Part shown: positions 14,901 through 29,500 of the stretch, piece by piece
How positions within the stretch are numbered: the stretch's first letter is position 1
How the letters are laid out: each line of letters opens with the position of its first letter
Source of the DNA: Lingula anatina
Lineage: Eukaryota; Animalia; Brachiopoda
NCBI GenBank assembly: GCA_051362555.1
Contig: CM120644.1
Span: forward strand, 5,650,954 to 5,714,953
DNA length: 64,000 bases
Direction: 5' to 3'
The notes under the pieces: model-generated
The model's database searches: none
Told to the model about the DNA's origin: nothing
The model's input: only the letters and a program-made list of their open reading frames with translations
Translations under genes and position numbers: made by a program

Positions 14901-17900
14901 TTGATTGGTATTACTTCCTAATATGCAAAACGTTTAGAGTTGTGATTAAAAGGAAAGGAAAACAGCATGGTATTTATATATGTAGAAGGATTATGGAGAG
15001 TTGATGGACAATTGCTATATACTAGACATGTACCACTGTACTGGCAGGGCAAAAATTAATATTTCCGGAAATTGATTTGACCTGCAAATCAATGTGTCCG
15101 TACTTCAGCTCTGGAATTAGTACGTCATCAAAGAGCCCACTGAAACCCTAGATACCTCTAATCTTTGTATTTGGGCAATATATGAGTTTACATTCTGAGT
15201 TTAATTGATCTTTTTATAGGTATCTGTGCTTTCTGGTGAATTTGATAAGTACTGACAATTTGTAGGTCGCAAACGTAGGACATTGCATCTGATCGCTCGG
15301 ACATGACAGTATCTTCGATAAAAAAGCTAGTAATCAGACCGTGTGAGATTTTTCATTATACTAGTAGAAGAAATCCCTCTGTACTTATGACCCTGTATAT
15401 TCCTGCAGGAATTTTGTTACAGTCGAAAAGCGAAATTGATTTTTAAGAAAACCACATATCTTTGCCGTGATGTCAGTTGGAACGAAAACATGCCGATACA
15501 CCCACCACTTCGACATTGCTTATCTCCACGCTCGAGTAGACTTCACAGTAAACGCACCTATCATAGAGTTAGTAGCAATGAAATCATCGAACTAAATATT
15601 GTTAATACAAAGGAATTATAGAAGAGTAATGTGTTTGCACTCATGGTTTGGAATCGGCAGTAATTGTACACGTGTTTGCAATTGATGTAATGTGTGTATA
15701 TGTGTTTTGCGTTCGAGTGTTGCAGAAGTCCTGGTTACAGTCTGTCCTGTAATAACTGCACTTTTAATGTTGCAAAGAAGTGCGTCAATGCGTTTTTACA
15801 AGTGAAATTACTTAACGTTATCCCGTCCATCTTCAAACATTGAATTGACTCCGAAGTCACTTACCCACGTTCATGGTAATTTTGCAAGTCTGTAAGGCGG
15901 TGCGTATGGTGAATTAAGATTTCATAAGGATGTTACATATTGTTAAGTTTGAATCTAGTCAACTCTTTCCTGAGTCTCTCTGTTATGTAATAAACAGCAG
16001 GCTCACCATGACGACCAGCCTACACTGCACTGTTTGTTTGCTTCCATTTGTGAATGGTGTTGTACAAAAATGATTATGTACACAATAAAAAAACTGAATT
16101 GATTTTTAAGAATCGCATTGATTAATAAAGTTTGCCTAGGTATCATTAATCCTGAGTCGTCCAAAACGCAATTATACGGCAAGCCTATTATTCACCGAAA
16201 GGTTTCTGAAAAACGTCAGTTTCTTTTAATTATTATATTTTAAAAAGGTGCAAAGGCATAGGAAATAAAGGTACTATTCTTATACATCTAACTTGTATTT
16301 AGTTGTCTTAAACATATCTAACAACATTAACAGCGTTCATAGGAGATTCTCTCAGCAAAATTAAAAATAGATACTGTTGGATAAGACATTTAGATGTATC
16401 AATTTAAAGTATCTACCCGAGACGCTGAAACCAGGAAATCACATCGGTGAGTGAGCCAGTGGTCCCAGCTGTATAGAGAAACGGATACATTATTGGCAGC
16501 TGCTTTGGTTCTATTTTTGTTGAAGATGGGATTCGTTGATTAAAACAGTATAGAATAAACACTAGTATTTCTGCTGATATTGTTATTGACCTATTCTAAC
16601 TCATAAACAATAAACCGTCTGTCCCTCAGACCTGTTTGCCCAATTGGTTCTGACACACCACTTAGATAGTATAGAACCCAAGGGGATACATTGGCAGGTC
16701 TGGCAAGAAAGGAAATTCCCGGACTGTTAACTATAAAAGCATCTTTGTAACGAAGCTGTCAGTGACAGTGTGCTTTCTTCCAATAAACAAATTAAGGATC
16801 ATCTCTCGTGTATTCTCACCGAAATGGACTATTTCCGCGCACTTTTGAAGAGTCTTGCAGCGAGGCACTTTGAACACAGTGTGCTCCGTTGAAAGACAAC
16901 ACCTTCGTATTAAGTATCCCCATTCAAACACTTATCAGACTATACCAGTATGGAGCGTTAAAAAGGATTGCGAAAGTTGCTCAATTGCCCTTTCATCTTT
17001 CTGAAAATGGAAAGACAAACTTGAAAATCGAATCAATTATTTATTTTAAAGATTTTGCGGGGGCAATGGGATATCGCATCAATAGGCATCTGTACAATGT
17101 AAAATGGCTGCACTGGAGAATGAAACGCAAATATTATCGCACCTGGTAGAGAGGTATCCGCGACGAGCAGCGATGCATGCATCAACGTCGCCTTTCCGAT
17201 GTAATAATAATTTCCTGATATAAATATATAGCCTACGGTACCAAAAACAATAAATTGAACAGTGCTTCCAAGTACTTGGTGAACCAATTACACGACATAG
17301 AAGCCCGTTAATGAATCAGATAAATCCAACCTTCACTTAATTATGAGAATTGACTTATGGATCATATTTCAATTAGCCGATTTTTCAAATTAGCACCCTT
17401 GTGTAAACAATACTGAGTTCATTGCACTTGCATCACTTGAATGCAGGTAGCTGTAAATTATTGATAACCGTAACTGCCTATCTTCGCTTATGACAGTGCT
17501 ACTAGCAAAGTGCTTGTAAGAGATGAAGAAAATGTGAAAATTTAAAGCATTCTGTTCTAGGTGTTCCAATTACAAGAATGAAAATAACTCTATTTCACAA
17601 AATAAACATACCTTTACTATTTACGGGCCAAGGCTTTTTACCACATTGTCGTGCATTTCTACCGTTTAGAAAAAAAAATCGATTTGGGATTATTTTGAAT
17701 CAGAAAATTATCGTAGGGATGGTTTAGATTGGAACTAAATTGTGTTACTCCTCAGAAGAACCGATGCACTACAAATCCCATCAAAAGTAAGGACCATCCA
17801 TGGCAAGGAAACCATTTCGTAATCTGATTGTACAAAATGCCGAGACTCCCTTAAGAAAACACGTAAAAGTTAAACAGCCTAGTGGTGCTCGGAGGATACT

Positions 17901-20900
17901 GAAATTGAGTGATGATTCATTTTAAAGCAATTTTACGTCTTTGATCCTACAATCCCGCTTGATATTAATGAAGAATAGGGTATCACCCTTTATAGATAAT
18001 CATAATTGGGTTAGCCGACGAAGAATAGATACACTGAATGTGACTGGGTGAGAGGAGTACTGGCGGACAGATAATTCTCGGCATTAAATGACTTGGGGAT
18101 TTTAAAGAAAGCCTAAAATAAAAGGCTTACACTTTGAAATGGGTTCATAGTACCTGATACAATAATGTTTTATTGTTAAAAGTCGATCTTCCATCATTTA
18201 ATCTTACTGTTGATAAATAACTTCAATAGTCACGATTTTAGACTTTAGAAATAAGTTTAAGCTGGTACTTTAAAAGGAACGTGGAGACTGTAATCGTCAT
18301 ATAAGAATAAATCATTATTATCGTTTTTATTGATTTCACATATTTGTATATTAAATCAGTAAAGGAATTTCATTTTATCCTGCGTAAAATTCGGATATGG
18401 CAAACGGTGTCGAAATGTCACTTCCGGGATGTTTAAAACCATTAATTCATAGAAGCATTATGGAATACTGCGCATGCGCTTGATTGAACATCGTACGCTG
18501 GAAATGCTTCAAAAGGTCAAAACAAACCTTTAAAAAATTAACCATAAGTGATAATATTTCCCGAATTCGATGATGTGCAGTTCATCTTATACTGGAAAGA
18601 ATAATGAGTAAGAATCTATCGGTCAGTCGCCAGATAAAATAGCTCCACCCCGCCTCCAATCAGGTGTTGTTTAGAGGAACCGAAATTAATCCTCTCGACT
18701 CATATATACATGTATAAATATTGTATGTAGAATATCGATACCTAAAGGTTCATTTGAAACGATGGACATTTGAATAATTCATTGTTTGGCAGCTGGGAGA
18801 CACCAGTAATAAGCACACGTGTGACTCCTTCTCAATAAACGTAATCCCCTGTCAGAGATCTCTTATTATTTTCTTTAACGGTAAGTCAGTAGTTTCTAAC
18901 CTGCATTGTTTTAGGAGTGGTTAAAACAATTGCGCAACTCCCAAGCGCCGTGACGTTTTATAGGTAATTCCTTCAAGCTTTTCGTTTGTCAGAAACACAT
19001 TTTTTTAGATCCGCCGGTGACATAGCTCAAGAGATAAAATAAAGTAAGTAAAGAAAAGAAAAGAAAAGGACAAGGTAAAACGCAAAACGAACAATCCGCT
19101 CTTGCCCAATGATCTGATACATCTTATGTTCTAAATTGCATGAGGAAGGAAGTTCTGATTGACTCATCATGTGGCATAATCGTGAAACTAGCATGAAAGA
19201 GATAGGTCCTCTATTATATTTTAGCGTCTTCCGTTGTCCAGCGTAGTTAACGCTGATCTCTAACTGTTAACGTGAACGCGAACTAAATGGCTGACATTGT
19301 CAGTGTTTAACGATTGTTGATTTGGAAGGAATGCAAATACAAATGGCTTCAATGTAAGAAGTGAAAATTGATATGCTCTTTGGTATGTAAGCTTAACTCT
19401 GATTTACACAAGAGAGATGAAGAACAATCCCGTCGAAATATTTGCATTATGTTTTTTTTACATTATGGAGCCGTAAGTGTCTGATTATTGGTAGAAATAT
19501 TTGTAGTTGTGGCGACTCAATTGCATTCAGCACGAACGTCAAATGTCATTTTCTAAGACTTTATTGAAGCGGATCTGTAGAATAAAATATGGGATTACTT
19601 AACCAACTTTGAAAATTTAAGGAGGAAATCAAATTAAGCATAAAACTGAGGAAAACGATATATTACTGCGCTAAAATGATACACTATGTACCTATTAGAG
19701 AAAATTGGATGCTAGGATTGAATTATTGTCTCACTTTAATCTAATATAGTGCCATAGGACAAAATTGCATTGGGCATTCCTTCACACAACAAACTGTATG
19801 TTTTTCTCAGTGTCTACCTGTCAATCCCTCCAGGTCAATTCGCGTTATAAACTATGTATAATAAACGTCAACTTCAACTTCGGCTGTAAGTCCAAAATAA
19901 AGCACTGACGGGGAAAAATTAAAGTTAAATCGGTTAACCAACTGTCTCATTTAAAAAGCTATATGTAGCGTCAATCCGGAGTTGAGTAACATCAGTTTGT
20001 CCAGCATTACTCCCGTTGTCTTTGCCCCAAGTTCTCTATCTATCCCCCACTCCACTTTCTCACATTGTCGTCCTTAACGTGCTTTTCGTTTTTCAATCAA
20101 GACCACATTAAGAAGGACATTATGCACTTTCTCGTTGACCAACGAAGAAAAAAGTTTCACGAAATAGACCATTAAAATATAGACGATTGCTTCCAATTAG
20201 ACAGTAGCGTGCAAGATGTTGCAAATAACAACTGTTTTGGGGAAAGACAGCATAAAGAGTATCGTTTGGTCCCCCTAATGATGATTATGGTTACATCCAA
20301 TGATATCTTCAACTCAAAGGTACTGGCTGTCTTATACCAGGTACGATGAAGGCGCGATCAATAGAGTGAACGATAAGCACAAATGTTATAGTAATAAAAC
20401 ACAGTGATATTTTAGGCGGGACAACAAAGATCGCAAAATTACGTGCATGAATGATACAAATGGACTGCAGCGCTATCTTAGGACCCTGGTGTTTACCAGC
20501 AGTAATGCCTGATAACAGACAGTTGCCTAAAACTGAGGTGCAATTCACGAGGGAGAAACCTCAAGGTCCTGCCTGATAAACACCACGCTCTGCTGACACT
20601 GACTGTCGGTGTTTCAAAGAATCTCGTTAGCAATGCATTCTCCGGGGAATTAAAAAACAATTCACTTTGAAACACAAAGTGCTTTCTAATTGAACACTGT
20701 CAATGGTGCCGCCTTCGTTAATAAATCGTGGGTATTATGTAATAACCATGGGCACGTGGGGGCTGGCTGATGGGGGGGGGGGGAGGCAACGTGTATCAAT
20801 ATGGACAAAGAAAAAGACCATGTGCATTTCAAATTGTCTGTGGAAAATAAAAACGTTTGCTGTCTGGAGATAATATTAAAACTGAACTATATGCCAATAC

Positions 20901-23900
20901 GAGATGACCTCAATTGCACCAAAGAACTTACAAAACTGTGCTCTTACATATAAACACCGTCTTGGCGCCACAAACATAAACCGCGGCGAAGAAACAGGTC
21001 TGAAATCTGTATAGAGACAAAAAGCTGTATTCTTTCTATCAAATCAAGACTCTTATGTAGAGCCTCGGTGCTCCAGATTAAATCACTTTCGCAAGATTTA
21101 ATACATTTCGACTCAATCAACAGAACTTGTACGTCGATTTTACTCCCTTTTTCTGTCCCTATTCAGTAAAGTTTCCCGGTTCATCAATTGCCTTGACGCA
21201 CATAAGGAAAAGGAAAAAAAGGTTGCGCCATATCCTGGGCTGTTCTTTATCCTTGTTAATATGAAATTTCCAGAGCATCAGTTAATTTTCTTAGAATCTG
21301 TTTGAAACAATTCACACGCATTTCTTAATACACAACGGCATCACACAGAATGCTTTTTGTTCTTTTTCAGGTAAATACGAATATTTAGAGAGACGTACTA
21401 TTCGTTTCTTGTAATTTTGTCTCAAATCCATACTATATTAGAATAAATCTATGCCAGATTGTTAAATCAGTTATATAGGGCACTAGTTCAACATTGCTCC
21501 CTGACTGTCTTCTAATTATTAAATGGACGAGTGCAGAGGAATGAGATTGTAAGATCCCTCAAGAACACGGTAAGTATATGGAACCCTGAACAATGGACAA
21601 CAGGCGTCCATCAGTCCCCATCAATAATCAATTAGGCTTTCCTGATTAAGATATAATGGACCCGGGGAAACAATTTTGTCTTAACGGTGTCCACGCGACC
21701 GATGTAGGTAATGACTCTCCATCATAAAGTGATGACTGTTCTGAACCCCATTAAAGACAATTGTGAAGTTCGACACTAGTGGCAATTTGGAGACAATTAT
21801 TGGGCCAATATGGTAGCATTGCCCGTGTGGTACATATGAAACAACGCGGAATAATGAAGGTCTTTTCTGCCGTCCCCTATACTTGTTCTGGCAATAACGG
21901 TGGATAGTCTGGCGACGTACTATGCATCAGAAACTTCACATTAGTTTCATTTTAGAAAGAGTATTTTTTCTTAACATGCCGGTCAAACAGTAAGTCACTT
22001 CCAAAACGACTTTCTGTGGTATTTTTTCTCATTAAACGCCGCTTTTTTCGGTGCACAAATATATGAATTACCCAGTGCTTACTAATTAACCTTTGGTTTT
22101 CAGATTACTGCTGAGTCCGATATTCTAGCATGTTTTGATGTCTTAGCGGCGCCCAAGCCTGCTAATTAGGGTGTTAGACTAAAGCCAATTGGATTGTTCA
22201 TGTAATCAGCAGTTGTCCTATGTAACTGTTGCTACAAATATACAATTAGCCGACTAATGAATGATACGTGGGCGCTTTTCTTCACGTTGACAAAGAAAAT
22301 ATATATACATTCTTATTTGTTTTGTAACGGGGTTTAAAGAGTGTGCCTATGGGTTTGTGAGACACGGGAAAAGACTATTAATTGTATTATGACATCCTGT
22401 TGAAAATGTATCGATTCTGTACTGTAAGGTGCCATAATATCTCTGTCACTCTAAGCACAGTGCAATGTTAGATTCATCGCTGGTTGGGTTACACAGTTTC
22501 CCCCCTCCCCCCTCCATTTCTTCCCTGTATGTCTCATGGGATGTTTCCTCCTTCTAGTTCTAGTTCTAGTTTCACTACCATAATTCAATATAACCCGTGA
22601 AACAAAACAAACCAAAACAAGTTGGCGTCTCTGTGCACTAGATATCACACTTAAAAGTTTTGGTCTTCTATTCTATATACTATTTCTGATCAAGGGTGAG
22701 TCAAGAAATCCATTGTGATCCCTCCTTAGGAAAACCATGGATCCGGTATTGACTGCCTTCTCTCATAACACGCGGGGAGTGCTTTCACTTCAGTCTGTGC
22801 CTCAGTTGACAAATAACCTCAGTTCGTGACAGTACAATCACCAAAATATCATCATCCCAGATTAAGTGGTCTTGATGAATTAAATAATTCAGTGCCCAAT
22901 ATAATTAGGCTCTTGTGATGTGTACTGAGTGGGTAGTGACAAGACAAACCTCCGCCTCTGATGAAAACTCCGTAGAGAAAGGGATGGGCCCTGATTGTAT
23001 AAACTTCTTAGCAGTTTCAAAATATTTTTCGGTCCAAAATAATAACATAAATTGATCAATTACATAAAGGTCTGCATATCAAGTTGTTTTTTTTTTAACT
23101 TGATTTTCGAAATTTCTCTCACTAAAGTTCAGCTTTATCCACGAAAAGTATATTAACAACTTGTTTCTCCGACATTTAAATATATTTTGGCGGTTGAAGC
23201 TGTTTTATTTATGTAACCAAATGTTTGCAAGCTCAAAGAAGCTCTGTTTTTGCTTAAAAGAAAAAAAATATGATACAAAGTTACAAAAATGGGGGATGGT
23301 CAAAACAACATAAAATTAAGTTTTGATCCCCCACACAGTGGAGTAAAAACTTAGCGGAGGAGGAAACAATGGCCACAAGATGTGAGGGAAACACACCCCC
23401 GTTAGTGTGTAGTGCCACTAAATAGCCCTATTTCTCTAAATGAAAACAATGTACCTTTATAAATGCATTTCTCTTTTCCTTTTTTAGTAATTTAATTGTT
23501 CATTCAGTTATTCATAAAATTTATCTAACATAATCCAATTTATTCATTATTTCTTTCTGAAGGAAGGCAGAGGATCCATCTTCCTTGTAACCGGTCCTTC
23601 GTAGCTTTTTTTATCTGAACTATATCGTCTTGAAAAGGTTGAAATGCACATCACTTGTTTGATAAGTTATCGAATCACCGTCGCTACTAGAAAGTGAATC
23701 TTGGCAAAAGGGAAAGTAAAAATGAGGCAGCGAAGAAAATGTTGTCTCAATGTTGTGGATTTACAGCGCAACGTGTGTTCTGTTTTAGGTTAGACCAAAG
23801 AAAATGTGCTACCTGATTTTTGTTTCCCATGTGCAAGTACACTGGCCTTCGGCTTTATTAATAAAATGCACATAGTAAGCTTAACCATACATGTACTTCA

Positions 23901-25793
23901 AGAGGATCTGAAAATCTTGGTTATAAAGTATCTGAGGTAAAAGGTTCGATATGTTCTTCTCCCTGGGGCGATTAAGTCTGTACATTAATGAGGAATTCGT
24001 TCAATTTTCTACTTCTTTATGATAGCTGGATATACCGTGTATTATCTATTGGGCCTCAGCAATTCCTCTTAGATGGACCAGAAGAAAATGCTCATTGGGC
24101 GTTCAAATGGTGGCTTATTTAATTCTCAGCATTAAATCTGCAGTATTGCTTGTCTAATAGATAAAAGCTTCAAACCTTCAGTAGGCAATTACAAAATGCT
24201 GGATATGGTCTATATGTCTTTCTTCCTAACCGTTCGGTATATTTATGTAGTAACAGTGAATATTCTCTGAAACATCAAACTTACATAATGTGCAGAGAAC
24301 CTTTTAAGCAGACGTTCAAATAGAGAATGTGTATCATTTATACATAGAATGCCATTGACGACTTACCGCGTATTGGCGGAGTGAGTTAGTCAAATAGCAC
24401 TTCCGTTTAAACTGGCGTTATTTCTGTGAATCTTTTGTACACGGAGGTCAAAAGGTACCCTGTAATCTCTCGCGTATGAAGGTAGGTTTACGGTAAACTG
24501 ATTGCATTGTTCAGACGTGAAGACAATAGCGTCAGCCATGCAATGTCCACACGCTGATATTATTGCACTGTGTGTAACCACCACAAGCAAACGTTAGACT
24601 ATTCCATAAGGCAAAGCACGCTATATGGGCTGATAACAGCCAGTTTGCTTGGTGATGCCTTAGTTCAATATCAACTCTAATTTTTGGAGGCTTTAATTTT
24701 TTTTATTCAACTTTAATTTTGGAGGCTTTATTTTTTATTTAATTGTAATTTTGGTGGATGATTTTGGCAATAATAACTAAGATGCGCCAACATTGAAAAC
24801 GGTAGAGTGAAATATATAATATAACATATTGTCGCTCGCCTTTTCTTTTCGTTGAGAACAAAGAAATAGACAACCTCTCATTTTTGACCAGATCTCATAA
24901 ATTTGGCCCCTAAAATAAGACTCAATCTCGGAGCGTTCGACACGTTACTGGGCATTGGTAGTGTTTGAATTGGGTGCAGATTTTTCTCAGTAACGTTGCG
25001 TCATCTTCGTGATTCTAATCATCTCTAGCTAATAGAATCCCTTTCATTTAACCTAATTAACTCAAAGTAAGCTATCTAAGAAATTAGAGAACAATCAATC
25101 AACGGGAATGAGACGTGGAGTGATACCTAATAAGTGAATTGACACGTTTGTTACCACGGCGACCCACCAAATAAGTCAAGTAGTGCAAATCCGCAGAGAA
25201 AAAAAGCTTATCAATTATAAAATTCACGATGATGATAACAATTATAATAAGTTAATAGTATCCCTGTTCTCTGATTGGACAACGAAATTCTTACACTTAA
25301 GACGAAGAAATAATGAAATATTTTCTTAAAAACGGAAATATCAGTTACCCATCTCGTAAGCTTATAAACTCTGATATTCCACCCAGCGGGTTAGAGATTA
25401 TTTACTCCCTATTTTGATGGATCTCCGAAGCGAAAAAATAAACTTTCTGCCAAATAAGAGGAGATACCTAACAATATCAGGGATGTTAGTATAATCACTC
25501 GCACGTAGATAAGACGAGGGACTGTACAGTTTGCACTGAGGTCATTTATGACGAAATTTGACTATTGAGCCAAGGGCAAATACACAAACACATTCATGTA
25601 CATATATTTTTAACCGGAGTACGTAAAGGTATAACTAATTGAACCACGCATGCACCGATAGAAACCTACACTGTATGTTTACCGTAATTATCAATCCATA
25701 GTCAATTTTAGCATAAAGAATTAATTGAAAATTAGCCGGGCATATTGCTCTTTTCTATCGACCAATAGTGTCAGGTTTTGTGCGTATGTAGTA

Positions 25794-25895
25794 GGGCGTG
25801 ATTGGCCACCGTTATTGACAGCTGATTAGTCCAGGCTGTGATGACGTCACAGCACGTGGGAAGACATTACTTGTCATGTATGGCATGGTATAAAT
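25794..25895 (+). promoter_or_regulatory. Putative proximal promoter of the neuropeptide precursor gene
   Basis: Within about 100 bp: GC-box-like GGGCGTG (25794-25800), inverted CCAAT box ATTGG (25801-25805), E-box CAGCTG (25819-25824), full CRE TGACGTCA (25842-25849), E-box CACGTG (25853-25858) and TATAAAT (25889-25895). A donor-like AGG|GTAAAG follows at 25988/25989. Confidence 0.65.
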
Positions 25896-25918
25896 ACCAA
25901 AACTGACTGACCTGTTAC

Positions 25919-25988
25919 ATTATTGTTTGGAAACTGACTACACATGGATAAAGCTCTAGTTTTGGATGTACCACGAATACAGGCAAGG
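25919..25988 (+). other. Putative first exon of the neuropeptide precursor gene
   Basis: Starts about 30 nt after the TATA box (start position inferred) and ends at donor GTAAAG (25989). It would splice to the acceptor tttcag|ATA ATG at 26547. Confidence 0.45.
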
Positions 25989-26549
25989 GTAAAGGTTATT
26001 GTTTTGACTGCCACGGTTGCTTTCTTGGTGTTAATAGTCACACGTCCAGGAGTTAAAGATATGGTGGAGGCATACTGAATAAGTTTAGGGGAAAGAACGA
26101 GTGTGAATTTAGTTGCTTTCATTATTTCGAAGAGGTTGCTAGTGATGAAAAAATCCTGCGTAGAGCTAATCTTTATATATGTAGACACAGTGCATTACAA
26201 AAGGCAACCGGCGACTATTTGGTAAAATGGCCAACCTGAAGAGTGGTGATAAAGGAAATTGCGCCAAGTTTGACTTTAAAATATAAAAACGTGTAATTTT
26301 TTACCTGATATATCACCTATCATAATTATTGAGGGTCGTCAGCACAGGTCTTCAACGAATAATAACAATTTAGACATTCTCTTCTCAATAATCAAGTCCA
26401 TTAGGAGGAACAGCACCATTAACGCTCTTTTTCAAAATAACAAGCAATGTGATTTACAGTTTGTACCATTTGTGCCTTCAGTATTTTGTTTTCTTGCTTA
26501 CACATTATTGTCGTGATTTATAAAAGTATAATTGTTCTCCTTTCAGATA

Positions 26550-29500
26550 ATGAAGCTACACCTAGGGGCACTAATCCTTGCAGTGCTTGTTATGACCTGT
26601 TACACTGTAGATACAGACAAGGTAAGTTTGTATTCTCTATCTATATCAAAGACGTACATGCACATCTTATTGTTTTGTGAATAAAAAAAGTCCGACATTA
26701 ATTCCCTAACTTAAAGAAGGGACAGTGTTTTATTAAATGTTATGGAAAACAAATCCATATGTCAATCAGAAATTGTTTGGTATTGATTTGACCTAGAATT
26801 TTTATGTGAAAATAATGTTAACTCTTCATTCAAAACAAAAAAGGGGTATGTTTTGTGTTCGACTCAAGCTCATTGATTTTTCATTCTGTGGTATTGTAAC
26901 GTCTGTCTTATAAAACATATATTTCCCGAGATAAGGGCAGTAAACTGATTATTAGCACAAATAACAATCCCAGTGTTTTATTTAAGCCTGTTTTCCACGT
27001 GACATCCTAGTACCTCATAACAATACGGGGAATGGTACATTTAAGGACATAAAAAGAGATATTAACCAGCTTTCGAACAAAATCGAAAACACGGCAATCC
27101 AATCATGCCATCAGTGACATTTTTGAATGAAGTTTATCAAAAAGAGGTCTGTGATGCAGATTGTTATCGATTAGAGCTGCGTATAATAACAGTAAACTGC
27201 TGTCTACATTTCGAGTGGAAACCGTCCACGAAGTCGACGCAAATGTGATTCACTTGATGCTCATTGAATCAAGGCAGGTTTCAGTACCCAGAGGATTTCA
27301 AACTGCGGAGAGATAAAATAAGATCTGCAATGTACAAGCATTTAGTTCGAAACGTAATTAGAAAATCTGTTTTCCTTATCATTGAATGCGAAGCATGAAA
27401 CACCTGATATATGCTATTATTTTGGTCTTTTAAAGTGAAAAGCCAAGTCTGTTTCTATTTGAACGCCTCAGGGGGGTTTTACAATACGCGAATGCCTTGT
27501 ATACTTTTTGTCCTGATTCAAATTGCCCTAGACGTTCTCACCTCCCTGGGGAACATATAGCCCAGATTCAGTATGAACAAGTACAAAACCTTTCACTACC
27601 AGACCAGGTAATTTGCCTTTGCTTCAATCCTTTAAATGCTGAGTGTTATGCAAGGGGAAAATACTGCTGGTACACTTTCCATGTATAAAAAAAAGACTGG
27701 AGTGTCCTTGGAAAACGTCAAACACAAGGAACTTTCCGCGCGGTTATCTAACCGCAAGGCCATCCGATCGGCTGTCTAACCCATGAATAAATGACTGGAG
27801 GGGCTTTATTCCGTCATCTGGGGAAGAGATTTCCTTTCTCTATCGATTAAAGTAAATATCATACTTCCGGTATTGTCAGAAACAGGCTGAAATTATGTGA
27901 AATACGTCCCTTCGTCAGCGTGTGTCAGAGTATCATAAAATGGAAATGTAGACTGTTTTATCCACCATGTCCTTTTTGATTTGATAGTCATGACAGTTTC
28001 AATGTTCATTAAGCTAAGGAAATATGTTTAGAGGTCGATACATTTATTTCAACATGCTTTGCGTTTATCGTACAAACAGAATGTACGATGTATATCGGTA
28101 TATCCACGACATTTTGCATTTTTGGATTTCAAGTGATTAATCTTAACAAAGTATTACGTTCAAAGACAATCGTCTATCACATAAATGTCCAAGGATAAAA
28201 ATAAGATAAAAACACTGGTATGAGATGTAAGCATAAAATCAAAGATTCAGAGTTTATCTTCGGTAAAGGCAGACCCTCCGGGTTCCAAGGCTGGCACTGT
28301 ACCAACCTCCCACACTCTTTGACTTTGGAGACACCCCTTTCTCCTCACAATCCAAAATCTGTTCGGTACATAGCATGATACAATGCTTTGCTGAATTATA
28401 TGTTTGTCGATCCAAGAGGCGTTTATTTTCCCCCCTTTGGTCCCCCAATCCCTTAGCAAAACACTTCCATCTTTTGTCGGAGAAGACCCCAATGGACGAG
28501 AACAGTAATTCCTATTCCCAAATGACTTAGATTACTATCTCTCCAAGCGTCTATATTTTCAAATACGAAGTGTCTGGCTGAAAGAAATAAGTGATTTAGG
28601 AATCAATCTAGAAATATTTTCAGAAAATATCTGTAATCTCTGTTCAGCCAGGACATACTTTATGTTGCAGAGTGTCAGAGCCGCTGCAATTACTTATTCT
28701 AATCAAAGTGAAAGAAAAAATACTGGACAGACATCAGTAATCATTATACTGACTTTATATCTTTCAGGCAGAAACAGAAGTTAAAGCACCATTAAAAAAG
28801 AGGGACATTACATTAGAAAGTGACATAGATATCCCAGATGATGAGTATAAGCGAGCAAAATTTGTGGACTTTAAACGGGAACCGTATTATGGGTTCGAGA
28901 ACCCAAGGCGATATCTAGACGACAGCGGGGATACTTATGATTCGGAAAAACGTGCTAAGTTTAATGACTTCAAGAGAGCGAAATTCAACGACTTCAAAAG
29001 AGCAAAGTTCAACGACTTCAAACGAGCGAAGTTCAATGATTTTAAAAGAGCGAAATTCAACGATTTCAAGAGGGCAAAATTCAATGATTTCAAGAGAGAA
29101 ATGGGGGGATATGGAGAACCGCCTTATATGGGATATCACGATCTAGGACTGGAAGAAAAAAGAGCCAAATTCTTTGATTTCAAGAGAGTGCCAGGAACCT
29201 TTCTGGCGGACCCATACGAAGAGGATATGAAACGAGCCAAATTCAATGATTTCAAACGAGCCAAATTTAATGACTTTAAACGAGCCAAATTCAATGATTT
29301 CAAACGGGCCAAATTCAACGACTTTAAACGAGCGAAGTTTAATGATTTTAAAAGGGCCAAATTTAATGACTTCAAAAGAGCAAAGTTCAACGACTTTAAG
29401 AGAGCAAAATTTAACGATTTCAAACGGGAAAGTTACGACGATGACTACTTGGTACCTTACGTAGACACTTACCCCGAGTTAGCTGGGTCTAGAGGAAAGA

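Noticed and set aside
15990-16105. Possible CR1/L2 LINE 3' tail (AATAAA followed by CTGAATTGA)
   Set aside because: No recognisable reverse transcriptase remnant upstream; too weak to call.
28247-28505. GC-richer intronic segment possibly a SINE
   Set aside because: No clear A and B boxes, tail or second copy in the window, so it cannot be supported without a repeat library.
29136-29423. Minus-strand ORF with KSLNFALL/KSLNLARL repeats, and other off-frame ORFs at 28915-29464
   Set aside because: These are shadows of the AKFNDF array. Substitutions are synonymous only in the + frame that carries the signal peptide and KR sites.
28948-29427. 24-bp repeat array as a CRISPR array or non-coding minisatellite
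   Set aside because: There are no unique spacers, the context is eukaryotic, and variation follows codon structure.
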